From assembly GCA_965218295.1 (NCBI GenBank), contig CBDCKN010000015.1, forward strand, positions 32,001 through 96,000: a DNA stretch of 64,000 nt. The letters run 5' to 3'. The position numbers and the translations under genes are program-made. Below are positions 29,319-39,537 of this stretch, piece by piece (the first letter of the stretch is position 1; the number at the start of each line of letters is the position of its first letter). Below the pieces are notes generated by a model. That model saw nothing but the letters and a program-made list of their open reading frames with translations, was not told the origin of the DNA and searched no databases. The DNA is from Longimicrobiales bacterium (GTDB taxonomy: Bacteria > Gemmatimonadota > Gemmatimonadetes > Longimicrobiales > Gaopeijiaceae).

Positions 29319-30005
29319 ATGCAGGCGATGTCGCCGTACGACGGACGTTTCACATTCGCTCGGATACGCTTCGGCACTGGGCTGTCGAGTAGGAGCTTCC
29401 GGGGACGTGGACGTGGAGGCCAGGCGCCCTGGGCCCACGACTTCCCTAGGGCCGAGCGGAACTTCATGAACATCATTCGGGAAACGACGCTCATCCGGCC
29501 GTACATGGACGGGGGCAACGTCTTCGACACCGACGACCCGGAGCTGACCCGCTTCCCGCTCGCGTACATCTCCGAGCCGGGCTTCTGGTATCCGTCGGAC
29601 GAGGAGATCCTGGGTCTCAGGAACTACCTCATGAAGGGGGGCTTCCTGATCGCCGACGACTTCGACGGGCCCGACTGGTTCAACTTCGACGCCCAGATGA
29701 AGAAGGTGATCCCTGGTGCCCAGTTCGTGCAGCTCGACGAGTCCCACGCGATCTTCGACTCCTTTTTCCGTATCGAGTCGCTGGCGACCCTCCTCCCTCC
29801 CTATTTTCGTTCCGGGAGGCCGCCCGCGTACCTCAGGCTGCACGAGGACAACGATCCGGAGAAACGTCTGATGGTGATCGCGAACTACAACAACGACATC
29901 GGAGAGTACTGGGAGTTCTCCGACGTCGGCTGGTACCCGATCGACCTCTCCAACGAGGCATACAAGTTGGGAGTGAATTACTTGATCTACGCCATGACCC
30001 ACTAA
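29319..30005 (+). CDS. DUF4159 domain protein (second paralog, possibly 5' truncated)
   Basis: WAHDFPRAE, YLMKGGFLIADDF, NNDIGEYWE, GVNYLIYAMTH; no signal peptide. Confidence 0.82.
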   Translation: MQAMSPYDGRFTFARIRFGTGLSSRSFRGRGRGGQAPWAHDFPRAERNFMNIIRETTLIRPYMDGGNVFDTDDPELTRFPLAYISEPGFWYPSDEEILGLRNYLMKGGFLIADDFDGPDWFNFDAQMKKVIPGAQFVQLDESHAIFDSFFRIESLATLLPPYFRSGRPPAYLRLHEDNDPEKRLMVIANYNNDIGEYWEFSDVGWYPIDLSNEAYKLGVNYLIYAMTH

Positions 30006-30130
30006 ATGGCTTTGAGAATTGGCCGATCCCGGCGTTGGGCTGCGGTCTCGGCTCCCTGCGGCGTACATGAGTACGCCTCAGTCGCCTCGCCTTGCCCGCC
30101 TTGGGCTCGACTCAATTCTCTTCGCCATTT
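30004..30130. repeat. 127-bp imperfect palindromic element (MITE/REP-like or structured RNA)
   Basis: AAATGGC/GCCATTT, GAGAATTG/CAATTCTC and central GGCGTAC-ATGA-GTACGCC. Confidence 0.75.
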
Positions 30131-30254
30131 CGTCGGGCGATCATCAGGGAAGCTCTGCAACGGTGCCGCCGGAGCGGCGTTGAGGTGGGCAACGTAAACA
30201 CCAAATGTGACGAAAGGTCACCGGGCAGCATCCAAGGCCTGAACGGAGCGCCAA

Positions 30255-31325
30255 ATGGCATTCATTGACGAAAAGGAAGCCGTCGACGCAGCAAGCGCGC
30301 CGGACGCCCTTCCCCTCGAGAGCCCGGACGACATCGACCTCGCCGACCGGCTGAAGTCCGGGCGAGTGCAGATCCTCTCGGAGATCCGCAAGCTCATCAT
30401 CGGCCAGGAAGAGGTCATCGAGCAGGTGCTCCTCACCCTCTTCGTGGGCGGAAACAGCCTCCTGATCGGTGTTCCCGGCCTGGCCAAGACGTTGCTCATC
30501 CACACTGTGGCGGAGGTTCTGGACCTGAAGTTCTTGAGGATCCAGTTCACCCCCGACCTGATGCCGTCCGACATCACGGGCACTGACATCATTCAGGAGG
30601 ACCCGGACTCGGGCCGGCGAAGCATGGTCTTCGCACCGGGTCCAATCTTCGCGAACATAGTCCTTGCGGACGAGATCAACCGGACGCCACCCAAGACCCA
30701 ATCGGCGCTGCTGGAGGCCATGCAGGAGCACCGGGTCACGGTCCAAGGCGAGACCTACACGCTGGAAGAGCCCTTCTACGTTTTCGCGACCCAGAATCCC
30801 ATCGAGCTGGAGGGGACCTATCCCCTCCCCGAGGCGCAGCTGGACCGCTTCATGTTCGAGATCGTGATCGACCATCTCTCCGAGGAGGAGGAGCTCGAAG
30901 TGGTGCGCACGACCACGGGGATCCAGGAACCCGAATTCAGCCACGCGATCACGGGCCCGGATCTGGTGGCCTTCCAACGCCTGGTCAGGAAGGTGCCCGT
31001 GCCGGATGCGGCGCTCCGCTACGCCGTGAGTCTCGTGCGGGCCAGCCGGCCGAGCCCCAACGGTGACTCCCCCGACTTCATCAATAACTGGATCGCCTAC
31101 GGAGCCAGCGTCCGAGCCGCGCAGTATCTGACGTTGGGGGCAAAGGCCCGCGCCATCACCCAGGGTCGCTACAACGTGAGCTTCGAGGACATCAGGGCTC
31201 TGGCACATCCCGTGATGCGGCACCGCATCCTCACGAACTTCCACGCCGAGTCCGAGGGCGTTACAGGGGGTGAGCTCGTGGACAGGTTGCTGGAAGCCGT
31301 TCCCGTGCCCAGCTCGGGCCTCTAG
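30255..31325 (+). CDS. MoxR-family AAA+ ATPase
   Basis: GVPGLAKT, RIQFTPDLMPSD, LADEINR, ATQNPIE, YPLPEAQLDRF. Confidence 0.95.
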   Translation: MAFIDEKEAVDAASAPDALPLESPDDIDLADRLKSGRVQILSEIRKLIIGQEEVIEQVLLTLFVGGNSLLIGVPGLAKTLLIHTVAEVLDLKFLRIQFTPDLMPSDITGTDIIQEDPDSGRRSMVFAPGPIFANIVLADEINRTPPKTQSALLEAMQEHRVTVQGETYTLEEPFYVFATQNPIELEGTYPLPEAQLDRFMFEIVIDHLSEEEELEVVRTTTGIQEPEFSHAITGPDLVAFQRLVRKVPVPDAALRYAVSLVRASRPSPNGDSPDFINNWIAYGASVRAAQYLTLGAKARAITQGRYNVSFEDIRALAHPVMRHRILTNFHAESEGVTGGELVDRLLEAVPVPSSGL

Positions 31326-31338
31326 GAGCGAGGGCTTC

Positions 31339-32262
31339 GTGGCCGTCAGGGCTCGCTCGGGATTTCAGGCCAGCGGCGCCCAGTTCCTCGATCCGGCCGT
31401 TCTGGGCCGGATCGACAACCTGGGGCTGTTGGCGCGTACCGTGGTCGACGGCTTCCTCCACGGCCTGCACCGCTCCCCCCACCTGGGGCTGTCCCTCGAC
31501 TTCGCCGAACACCGGGCCTACATGCCGGGCGACGACATCCGGCGCATCGACTGGCGCCTCTTCGCGCGCACCGACCGCTTCTACGTGAAGCAGTTCGAGG
31601 CCGAGACCAGCGCGAACTTCGTCGTGATCCTTGACGTCTCCAGGTCCATGAGCTTCGGCACGCATTCGGCCACGAAGCTGGACTACGCCCGCTATCTGGG
31701 TGCCGCCCTGGCCTATTTCTCCCAAAAGCAGCGGGATCGGGTCGGGCTCGTCACCTTCGACGACAACATTGTGGATTGGGTGCCACCATCGACACGGCAC
31801 CTCGAGCTCATCCTCCACACCTTGGCCAATTCCGTGCCTGGGCATCCCGGCACCCTCCAGGACCCGTTGATGCAGGTCGGAGAGAACCTGAAACACCGCG
31901 GCATCATACTCTTGCTTTCGGACTTCTACGAAGAAGCTCACGAGGTCATTGAGTCGGTTCGTCACCTGCGGGCCCGAGGCCACGACGTCATCGTCTTCCA
32001 TGTGCTGGACCCGGCCGAGCTCGACTTCCCGTACGAGAGTCCGGCCAGCTTCCGGGATCTCGAGAGCGAGGCGATGATCCCCGTCGTTCCCGATGAGCTC
32101 GACGCGGAGTACCGCCACCTGATCCGAGAGCACACCAGCGAGCTGGAGCGTCTCTTCACCGGCAGCCGTATCGACTACACGGTTCTGGACACGTCCAAGC
32201 CGTTGGACTACGCGCTCTTCCGCTATCTGTCGAGCCGCGAGAAGCTCAGCAGGGTGCGCTGA
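31339..32262 (+). CDS. DUF58 (VWA-like) protein
   Basis: FAEHRAYMPGDD.RRIDW, DVSRSM, DRVGL, LSDF. Confidence 0.9.
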   Translation: MAVRARSGFQASGAQFLDPAVLGRIDNLGLLARTVVDGFLHGLHRSPHLGLSLDFAEHRAYMPGDDIRRIDWRLFARTDRFYVKQFEAETSANFVVILDVSRSMSFGTHSATKLDYARYLGAALAYFSQKQRDRVGLVTFDDNIVDWVPPSTRHLELILHTLANSVPGHPGTLQDPLMQVGENLKHRGIILLLSDFYEEAHEVIESVRHLRARGHDVIVFHVLDPAELDFPYESPASFRDLESEAMIPVVPDELDAEYRHLIREHTSELERLFTGSRIDYTVLDTSKPLDYALFRYLSSREKLSRVR

Positions 32263-34390
32263 TGGGATGGCTCGCCCCCCTCTTCCTTCTCGGCCTGGCG
32301 GGGTTGGCGATCCCCGTCCTGGTGCATCTCACCGAGAGACAGCGCCGGAACGTGGTCGAGTTCCCCTCGCTCATGTTCCTCCGGAAGATCCCCTACCGCT
32401 CAGTCCAGAGAAGGAAGATCCATCACTGGATCCTGCTCCTCATCCGATCCCTGGCCCTCGCCCTCCTGGTCGCGGCCTTCGCTCGCCCGTTCTTCCAGAA
32501 CGCCGAGCTCGCGGTGGGCTCGACCCTCGGTCCTCGGGAGGTCGTGATCGTGCTGGACCACTCGTACTCCATGGGGTACGGCGATCGTTGGGAGAGGGCC
32601 ACGAGCGAGGCCCGGCGACTCGGTTCGGGCTTCGATGCATCGGACCGTGTCAGCCTGGTACTTCTCGGACAGGGCGCGTCGGCGGTGGTCCGGTCGAGCT
32701 CGGATCGGCAGCGGCTTCTCACCGCCGTGGACACGGCAAGCGTGAGCGCCTACCGCACTCGGTTCGGGCCCGGCCTGAAGCTCGCCCAGACCATTCTGGA
32801 GGAGTCCGAGCTACCGAACCGGGAGGTCGCCATCATCAGCGACTTCCAGCGCTCCGGATGGTCCGGGGACGAAGGTGTGCGGTTCCCGCGAGGGACGGTG
32901 GTCACCACGCACCAGATCTCCGATGCGGAGACTCCCAACGCCACCGTGGCGTCAGTCACGCTTCGACGAGACTTCTTCTCGGGCCATGAGCGCATGACAA
33001 CCACCGCTCGCGTGACCCGGCGTCAGGGTGCCGACGCCGTCGAAATCCCCATCGTCCTGGAGATCGACGGTCAGGAGGTTCAGAGCCGGAGCATCCGCTT
33101 GGATCCGACGGGGTCGGCCACCGTCACCTTCGACCCGTTCACCCTCTCGGAACCCTATACCCGTGGGACCGTCCGGCTCGGACCCGACGAGCTCCCGCAG
33201 GACAACGAGCTACACTTCGTGCTCTCCCCCGGACGGGCTCTGCGCACCGTCATCCTGGAGGGCACGGGGGCACGCTCCGAGGCCAGCCTCTATATGCAGC
33301 GTGCTCTGGAGATCAGTGAGGAAGCCGCGTTTCAGGTCGACGTCCGACGCTCTGCGAACATCGGCACCGCCGATCTGGACGCGGCCGCCGTCGTGGTCCT
33401 GAACGACATTCGCCTCCCGCAAGGGGCGACGTCGGACCGGCTACGGAGATTCGTGGAGACGGTGGAGGCCTCCTGGTCGTGCTCGGGGAGCGCAGCACCT
33501 GGCAGGCCGGGATGGAGGAGCTGCTCCCCGGCCAGTTCGGAGTGGCCACGGATCACGTTCGCGGTGTCGCCCGGCTGGGGTTCCTGGACTACTCCCACCC
33601 GGTCTTCGAGGTGTTCTCTGGCCCCAGAAGTGGAGACTTCGCGCGGGCGCGCTTCTTCCGCTCACGCAGCATCACGGTGGGGCCTGAAGATCAGGTTCTG
33701 GCGCGCTTCGACGATGGGTCGGCGGCCCTGGCGGAGCGCCGGCTGGGCGAGGGACGTGTGGTAATGTGGGCCAGCACCCTGGACGCGTTTTGGAACGATC
33801 TGGCGGTTCAGCCGGTCTTTCTGCCATTCATGCATCAGCTCGTGCGGTACCTCGGGGGTCACCGGGAGCGCGTGCCATGGTTCACGGCCGGTCAGGTTCT
33901 CGACCTTTCGGATCCGGAGGGAACGGCGTTCGCCACAGGGCTGGAGGAGGAGCTCTCACTGGACGAGGAGCAGGTCGCGCTTACACCCGGGGGCGGTAGC
34001 GTTTCGCTGCTTCCGGGAGAGACACCACGGTTCCTCGCCCTCGACGAACAGGGCTTCTATGAGGTTCGGCACCCCGGCACCGATCCGGCCAGGCCGTTCA
34101 CCGTAGCCGTGAACGTGGAAGTGGCAGAGTCCGAGCTCGCGGCGATGGATCCAGCGGAGCTGGCCGCCTCGGTGTCGCCGAGAGAGGCGGACACCGAGGC
34201 TGGGGCCGCAGGCCTGTTACCCACTGAAGTCAGGGCGCAGGATCACGAACACCGGCAGTCCCTCTGGCGGTTCCTACTCGCCGGAGCGCTGGTCCTGTTG
34301 TTGGCCGAGACCGCCGTGTCGAACTGGCTTTCTCACGCTGTGACGAGGAGATTCGAGGAGGGGGGGGAACATGTACCACGGAAGACATAG
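32262..34390 (+). pseudogene. BatA-N plus VWA plus GATase-like membrane protein, frameshifted near 33460
   Basis: IPVLVHL..FPSLMFL, LDHSYSM and ISDFQ. FVE-AC-GGGLLVVLG needs one more base to join the 33479-34390 frame. Confidence 0.82.
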
Positions 34391-37300
34391 GGCCATCCGC
34401 CACGCAGAGGTCCTTCATGTCGTCCAACGGATTCGGCGACGTTGGCGTGCCCGCATCGCAGTGCGCGGCATGGCTATCGTGCTGGGCGCGAGCCTCGCAG
34501 CGTTTCTGATCTCGGTATATGGCCTCGAGCTTTTGCGATTCAGCGCTCCGGCCGTGGTATCCCTCCGGATCCTCCTCTGGCTCGCGGTCTCTGGGCTCGT
34601 GGCCCGCTTCCTCGTCTGGCCCCTTGCGCACCGGGTCTCCGACGAGCAGGCGGCCCTCTACCTGGAGGAGAACGAGCCCTCCCTCGAGACCGCCGTGTTG
34701 AGCGCCCTGGAGGCCGGAAGCGGCGGTGCGAACACGTCCGAGGCTCTCGAGGGTCGTCTCGTCGACAACGCCCTGGACCGAGCCCGGAAGATCGACTACG
34801 GTCGAGGGATCGAGCAGAAGGGGCTCTACCGGGCGTCCGGAGCCTTGGCCGCCGCCGCGTTCGCCACGCTTGCTCTCATGCTGCTGGGACCGGTCCAGCT
34901 CCGCCACGGCGCCTCGGCCCTCCTCTTCCCGACCCGGGACGCGGGTACGGTGAACCCCTACTCCATCACGGTGGAACCGGGCGACGTGACCATCGCCCGG
35001 GGATCCGATCAGCTCGTGGTGGCCCAGCTCTTCGGGTTCGCGAGCGACGAGGTCCAGGTTTTCTTCAAGTCCGAGTCGTCGGACGTGTTCGATCGACTCT
35101 CCATGCTTCCGGACGAAGCAGAGCGATTCGAGCTCCTCCTCCTCGGCCTTGACGAGAACACCGAGTACTTCGTGGAGTCCTCAGGCATCCGGTCGGACAC
35201 CCATCGCATCGAAGTGGCCGATCTGCCGTATGTGGACCGTCTCGAGCTGGAGTACCACTTCCCGTCGTACACGGGCCTCGCACCGCGCACCGTAGAGGGA
35301 AGAGGCGACATCGCCGCCCTCGAGGGGACGCAGGTAAAGGTGAAGATCTTCCCCACCATGCTCACGCCGGGTGGGCGTCTCCTGGTGAACGGGGAGCCTG
35401 CAAAGCTCACCGACGTCGGAGACGGGACGTGGTTGGGCAGCCTCAGGGTCGAGCGTGAGGGATACTACGAGATCGAGCTGGCCCGGGCGGATGGCGAGCT
35501 GGTCCCCGCGTCGCCCAAGTACACCATCGACGTCCTGACCGATCAGCCGCCCTCGGTGTCGTTCTCCAAGCCCGGACGGGATACAAGGGCGAGCCCCATC
35601 GAGGAGTTGTTCCTCGAGGCCAAGGCCGACGACGACTTCGGTATATCCGAGCTGGCCCTGATCTACTCGGTGAACGGGGAGCCCGAAGACACCATCTCCC
35701 TGTTCGACAGCCAGCCCATGCCCGAGGTCACGGCAGGACATACCCTCTACCTGGAGGAGCTCGAGCTCGAGCCCGGCGATTTGGTCTCGTACTACGCCCA
35801 GGCTAAGGACAACAACCGGTCCAGCGGCGTCCGCACGGTCACCAGCGACATCTACTTCGTGCAGATCCGTCCCTTCCGCATCGACTACCGCCAGGGGCAG
35901 CAAGCTGGTGGCGGCGGTGGTGGCCAAATGGACGAGCGAGGCCTCTCGGACCTCCAGCGGCAGATCGTGGCGGCCACCTTCAACCTCGTCCGGGACAAAG
36001 AGGAGCTCCCCGAAAGCGAGTTCAAGGAGAACGTGGTCAGCGTTCGACTGGCCCAGGCTCGCGTCTGTGAGCAGGTGGCGGGGCTACAGAAGCGTCTCGT
36101 GGCCCGCAGGATGGGGGCGGACCCACAGTTCCGGCGCATCGCGGAGCTCCTTCCCAAGGCCATCGAGGAGATGGAGAACGCCGAGAGGATCCTGGAGGAC
36201 GGTGAGCCCAGGGAGGCCATCTCGCCGGAACAGAAGGCCCTCCTCCACTTGCAGAAGGCCGAGGAGACGTACGAAGCCGTCGTCACCCAGGGAGGGCAGC
36301 AGGGTGGGGGCGGAGGGGCGGGTGCATCCGCCGAGGATCTGGCGGACCTCTTCGAGCTCGAGCTCGACAAGCTCAAGAACCAGTACGAGACCCTGGCACG
36401 GGGCGAGCGCCAGCAGAGGACCGAGCAGCTCGACGAGACCCTCGAGAAGCTGAAGGAGCTGGCCAGGCGCCAGCAGCAGCAGACGGAGCGCCAACGTCGT
36501 GCGGCCGCCCAGGAAGGTGGCGGAGGAGCGGCCGCGCGGGGTCAGCGTAAGCTCGCCGAGGAAACGGAGGAGGCCGCGCGTCAGCTGGAGCGGCTTGCCC
36601 GGGAGACGAACGACCAGCGGCTGATGGAGGCCTCCAGACAGCTTCAGCAGGCCGCCGACGATATGCGCCGCTCGGCCGCATCGAGCGGGAACGCGGGCAC
36701 GGCGGACGCCACCTCCGCCCTCGACAGACTGGAGGAGGCCCGCCGTCGTCTGGAGCGGAACCGTGTCGACCGCTTGCGTGAGGACGGCGAGGACGCCCTT
36801 CGGCGGGCAGAGGAGCTGTCCGACGAGCAACGCGAGATCCAGAGGCAGATGGATCGTCTCAACGAGCTGGAAGGCGCAGCCCTCCAGGAGTCGGCCAGAC
36901 GCCTGTTCGAGCGCAAGGAGGCCATGACCGAGGAGCTCACGGACCTCGAAGGCCAGATCGATCGCCTGAGCGCCGACGCGCGCTCGAGCCAACGAGAGGC
37001 CGCCGAAGGGCTGAGGGAGGCCGCCAACTCCATCCGGGATAACAAGCTCAAGGAGCGCGTGCGCTACTCGAGAGGTCTCATCGGAACCGGTGACCAGGAC
37101 TACACGCGCGAATTCGAGGCCGAGACGCAGCGGGGGCTGGACGAGCTCGAGGATCGCCTCGAGCAGGCGGTCGGAGCCGTGGGCGAGCCGGAGGACGATC
37201 GCCGGGCCGAAGCGCTCGACCGCACCCGGGATCTGGTTCGAGGCATGGAGTCCATTTCACGACGCCTCGGGGAGCGAGGTGATCGGGGCCAGCAGGGGCA

Positions 37301-37829
37301 AGGCGAACGACAAGGCCAGGAAGGCCAGGAGCAGGAGGGCCAGGGACAGCAGGGTCAGCAAGGCCAGGGTAAAGGCCAGGGCGGCGACGGGCGGCTGGGC
37401 GGCTCAGACCAGGGCGGTTTCGGGACGCCCGACGGAGGCGGAGGGGGCCGTCGGCCCGGGACCGTCTCGCCGGGAGACATCCGCCAATTCCGCCGTGAAA
37501 TCCGAGAGCGGGTCCAAGAGGCCCAGGAGCTTCAGCGAATCTTGGAGCAGGAAGATCTCGAGGTGCTCGACGGCCGTCAGCTCGACGAGGTCGTAGCGGC
37601 CCTGAGGGCGTTGGACAGCGAACGCATCTACTCGGACGTAGCCGAGGTCGAGCGACTCCAGGCACAGATCATCGAGGGACTCAAGCAGCTCGAGTTTGGC
37701 CTTCGTCGTGAGCTGGAAGGGGAGGACCGCGATCGGGTCTTCGTCTCCGGGTCGGACGAGGTCCCCACGGGCTTCCGGAAGCTGGTGGATGAATACTACA
37801 AGGCCCTGTCGCGGAACCCTGGCAACTGA
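34371..37829 (+). CDS. Large membrane-anchored Ig-like plus coiled-coil protein (DUF4175-like)
   Basis: N-terminal TMs, DQPP.V and ADDDFG beta domains, long E/R/Q coiled coil, Q/G-rich tract, C-terminal VDEYYKAL. Confidence 0.8.
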   Translation: MYHGRHRAIRHAEVLHVVQRIRRRWRARIAVRGMAIVLGASLAAFLISVYGLELLRFSAPAVVSLRILLWLAVSGLVARFLVWPLAHRVSDEQAALYLEENEPSLETAVLSALEAGSGGANTSEALEGRLVDNALDRARKIDYGRGIEQKGLYRASGALAAAAFATLALMLLGPVQLRHGASALLFPTRDAGTVNPYSITVEPGDVTIARGSDQLVVAQLFGFASDEVQVFFKSESSDVFDRLSMLPDEAERFELLLLGLDENTEYFVESSGIRSDTHRIEVADLPYVDRLELEYHFPSYTGLAPRTVEGRGDIAALEGTQVKVKIFPTMLTPGGRLLVNGEPAKLTDVGDGTWLGSLRVEREGYYEIELARADGELVPASPKYTIDVLTDQPPSVSFSKPGRDTRASPIEELFLEAKADDDFGISELALIYSVNGEPEDTISLFDSQPMPEVTAGHTLYLEELELEPGDLVSYYAQAKDNNRSSGVRTVTSDIYFVQIRPFRIDYRQGQQAGGGGGGQMDERGLSDLQRQIVAATFNLVRDKEELPESEFKENVVSVRLAQARVCEQVAGLQKRLVARRMGADPQFRRIAELLPKAIEEMENAERILEDGEPREAISPEQKALLHLQKAEETYEAVVTQGGQQGGGGGAGASAEDLADLFELELDKLKNQYETLARGERQQRTEQLDETLEKLKELARRQQQQTERQRRAAAQEGGGGAAARGQRKLAEETEEAARQLERLARETNDQRLMEASRQLQQAADDMRRSAASSGNAGTADATSALDRLEEARRRLERNRVDRLREDGEDALRRAEELSDEQREIQRQMDRLNELEGAALQESARRLFERKEAMTEELTDLEGQIDRLSADARSSQREAAEGLREAANSIRDNKLKERVRYSRGLIGTGDQDYTREFEAETQRGLDELEDRLEQAVGAVGEPEDDRRAEALDRTRDLVRGMESISRRLGERGDRGQQGQGERQGQEGQEQEGQGQQGQQGQGKGQGGDGRLGGSDQGGFGTPDGGGGGRRPGTVSPGDIRQFRREIRERVQEAQELQRILEQEDLEVLDGRQLDEVVAALRALDSERIYSDVAEVERLQAQIIEGLKQLEFGLRRELEGEDRDRVFVSGSDEVPTGFRKLVDEYYKALSRNPGN

Positions 37830-38215
37830 TGGCTGACGTCCCGGCCGGTCGCCATGTCCAGCAGGGTTCGGGCTGACACGCCGAGCTTCCATCGCAGAAT
37901 CTCGAGGAGGGAGGGGTCCGGAATCGGCCCCTCCCTTTCCTCCAAGTCCCTCTGCACCGCCTTCAACTGGTCGGCATAGAACACCATCATCGGCATCTCT
38001 CCGACACCCTCCAACTCCTCGATTCGCCTCTCGGGCTCGAGGTCGAAAAACCCCTGGAAGCTCGAGAAGGCCGATTCCGAAAGCATCAGATATTCCCGGG
38101 CCGGCACCGAGTTCTTGAGCATGCGATGGACGATGATGACGTCGAGTCCGAAGAGCTTCTCGAAGCGATCGATCTGCTCGACGGCGACCTCGCCCGCATG
38201 CACCACCTGCTTGAG
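37796..38215 (-). pseudogene. 3' remnant of a DUF2652 (nucleotide-cyclase-like) gene
   Basis: LKQVVHAGE...KLFGLDVIIVHRMLKNSVPAREYLM; the N-terminal half is absent. Confidence 0.65.
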
Positions 38216-38466
38216 CCACCAGAAGGATACCTCTTGCGACTCCAGTCACCATCCCGCACCTCCTCAGCCGAGCTAGAAGAGGGCGGGGCGTCCTCGAACG
38301 CCACGCCCTCCAGGTGACTTCATACGTAGTACAAATACGTGACCTCTCGACCCAGTTCCTGTCCCCCGTTCCTGCGGCGACCGGATGCCTTACTTTCGTC
38401 AGGAGTAGAGCGGTAGGCGGGATCACGACGAGACGCCAACCAATCACACCCATAGGTGATTCAGCC

Positions 38467-39507
38467 ATGAAGATCGGTGTCCTGGTCCTCAACTTCGGAG
38501 AGCCCGAGCACGCCAGCCTGAAAGAGGTCGTTCCTTATCTGGAGCGCATCTTCACTCGGAACGCATCGCTGGAGCCGAAGAAGGGCAGGGCCAAGGGACG
38601 AGCCCGAGAGCTTGCCGAGGCCCGGGCCCCCGGATTGATAGAGGAGTACAAGGAGATCGGCGGGTCTCCGCTGAACCGGCAGGCTCGCAAACAGGTCCAC
38701 ATGCTCGAGCTCGCACTCAGGCGGCGAGGGCTCGACGTAAAGTGCTACTCGGGCATGCAGTTCACGGACCCGTCCATCGTCACGGCCGTTGACGAAGCCC
38801 ACTCCTACGGGGTGGAGAAGCTGGTAGCCCTTCCGGTCTATCCCCTCTGTGGAATGTCGACCACCGTGGCGGCGCTCGACGACGTACATGCCGCCCTCGA
38901 GGAACTCGAATGGGAAGTCCCGATTCGGGAGATCACGGGATGGCACCGCCACCCCGACTACCTGCGGCTTCGGGCGGACAACATCTTGGAGTTCGTCAGG
39001 CAGGAGGGCGTCGATCTACACGCCGCCGATACTCGGCTCGTTTTCTCGGCGCACGGCACGCCACTCAAGTACCTCGAGGACGGACCTCGATACGTGGACT
39101 ACGTCGAAGAGGCCTGTCGCATGATCGCCCGAGAGCTGGGCACCACCGACTACGTCATGGGATACCAGAACCACGCGAACCGACGCGTTAAGTGGACCGA
39201 GCCGGAGATCGACGACGTCGTCAAGGAACTCGAAGGAGCCCGGATCGTGGTCGAGCCGCTGAGCTTCATGCACGAGCAGTCCGAAACCCTCGCCGAGCTC
39301 GACGGCGAGCTCCGGGAGGTCGCCGAAACCGCAGGACTGGAGCTTCATCGCGTCCCCATCCCCCACGCCCACCCTCGCTTCGCCGCCCTCCTCGCCGACC
39401 TGGTCGAGGACGCTCTGCGACCCGAGCCGATCATGGGAGAGCTAGGACTGCGTCGCTGTCTATGTCGCGCGACGACGGAGACCTTCTGCCTGAACGCGGG
39501 GGATTGA
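38467..39507 (+). CDS. hemH: Ferrochelatase
   Basis: LNFGEP, YKEIGGSPL, LPVYP, FSAHG, WTEP, EQSETLAELD. Confidence 0.92.
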   Translation: MKIGVLVLNFGEPEHASLKEVVPYLERIFTRNASLEPKKGRAKGRARELAEARAPGLIEEYKEIGGSPLNRQARKQVHMLELALRRRGLDVKCYSGMQFTDPSIVTAVDEAHSYGVEKLVALPVYPLCGMSTTVAALDDVHAALEELEWEVPIREITGWHRHPDYLRLRADNILEFVRQEGVDLHAADTRLVFSAHGTPLKYLEDGPRYVDYVEEACRMIARELGTTDYVMGYQNHANRRVKWTEPEIDDVVKELEGARIVVEPLSFMHEQSETLAELDGELREVAETAGLELHRVPIPHAHPRFAALLADLVEDALRPEPIMGELGLRRCLCRATTETFCLNAGD

Positions 39508-39537
39508 GGACGACAGGGCGCAGCCGTTGACCGCCCC

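Noticed and set aside
37280..37390. CAGGGC-like repeats as a CRISPR or satellite array
   Set aside because: They encode the Q/G-rich linker of the coiled-coil protein; there is no repeat-spacer structure.
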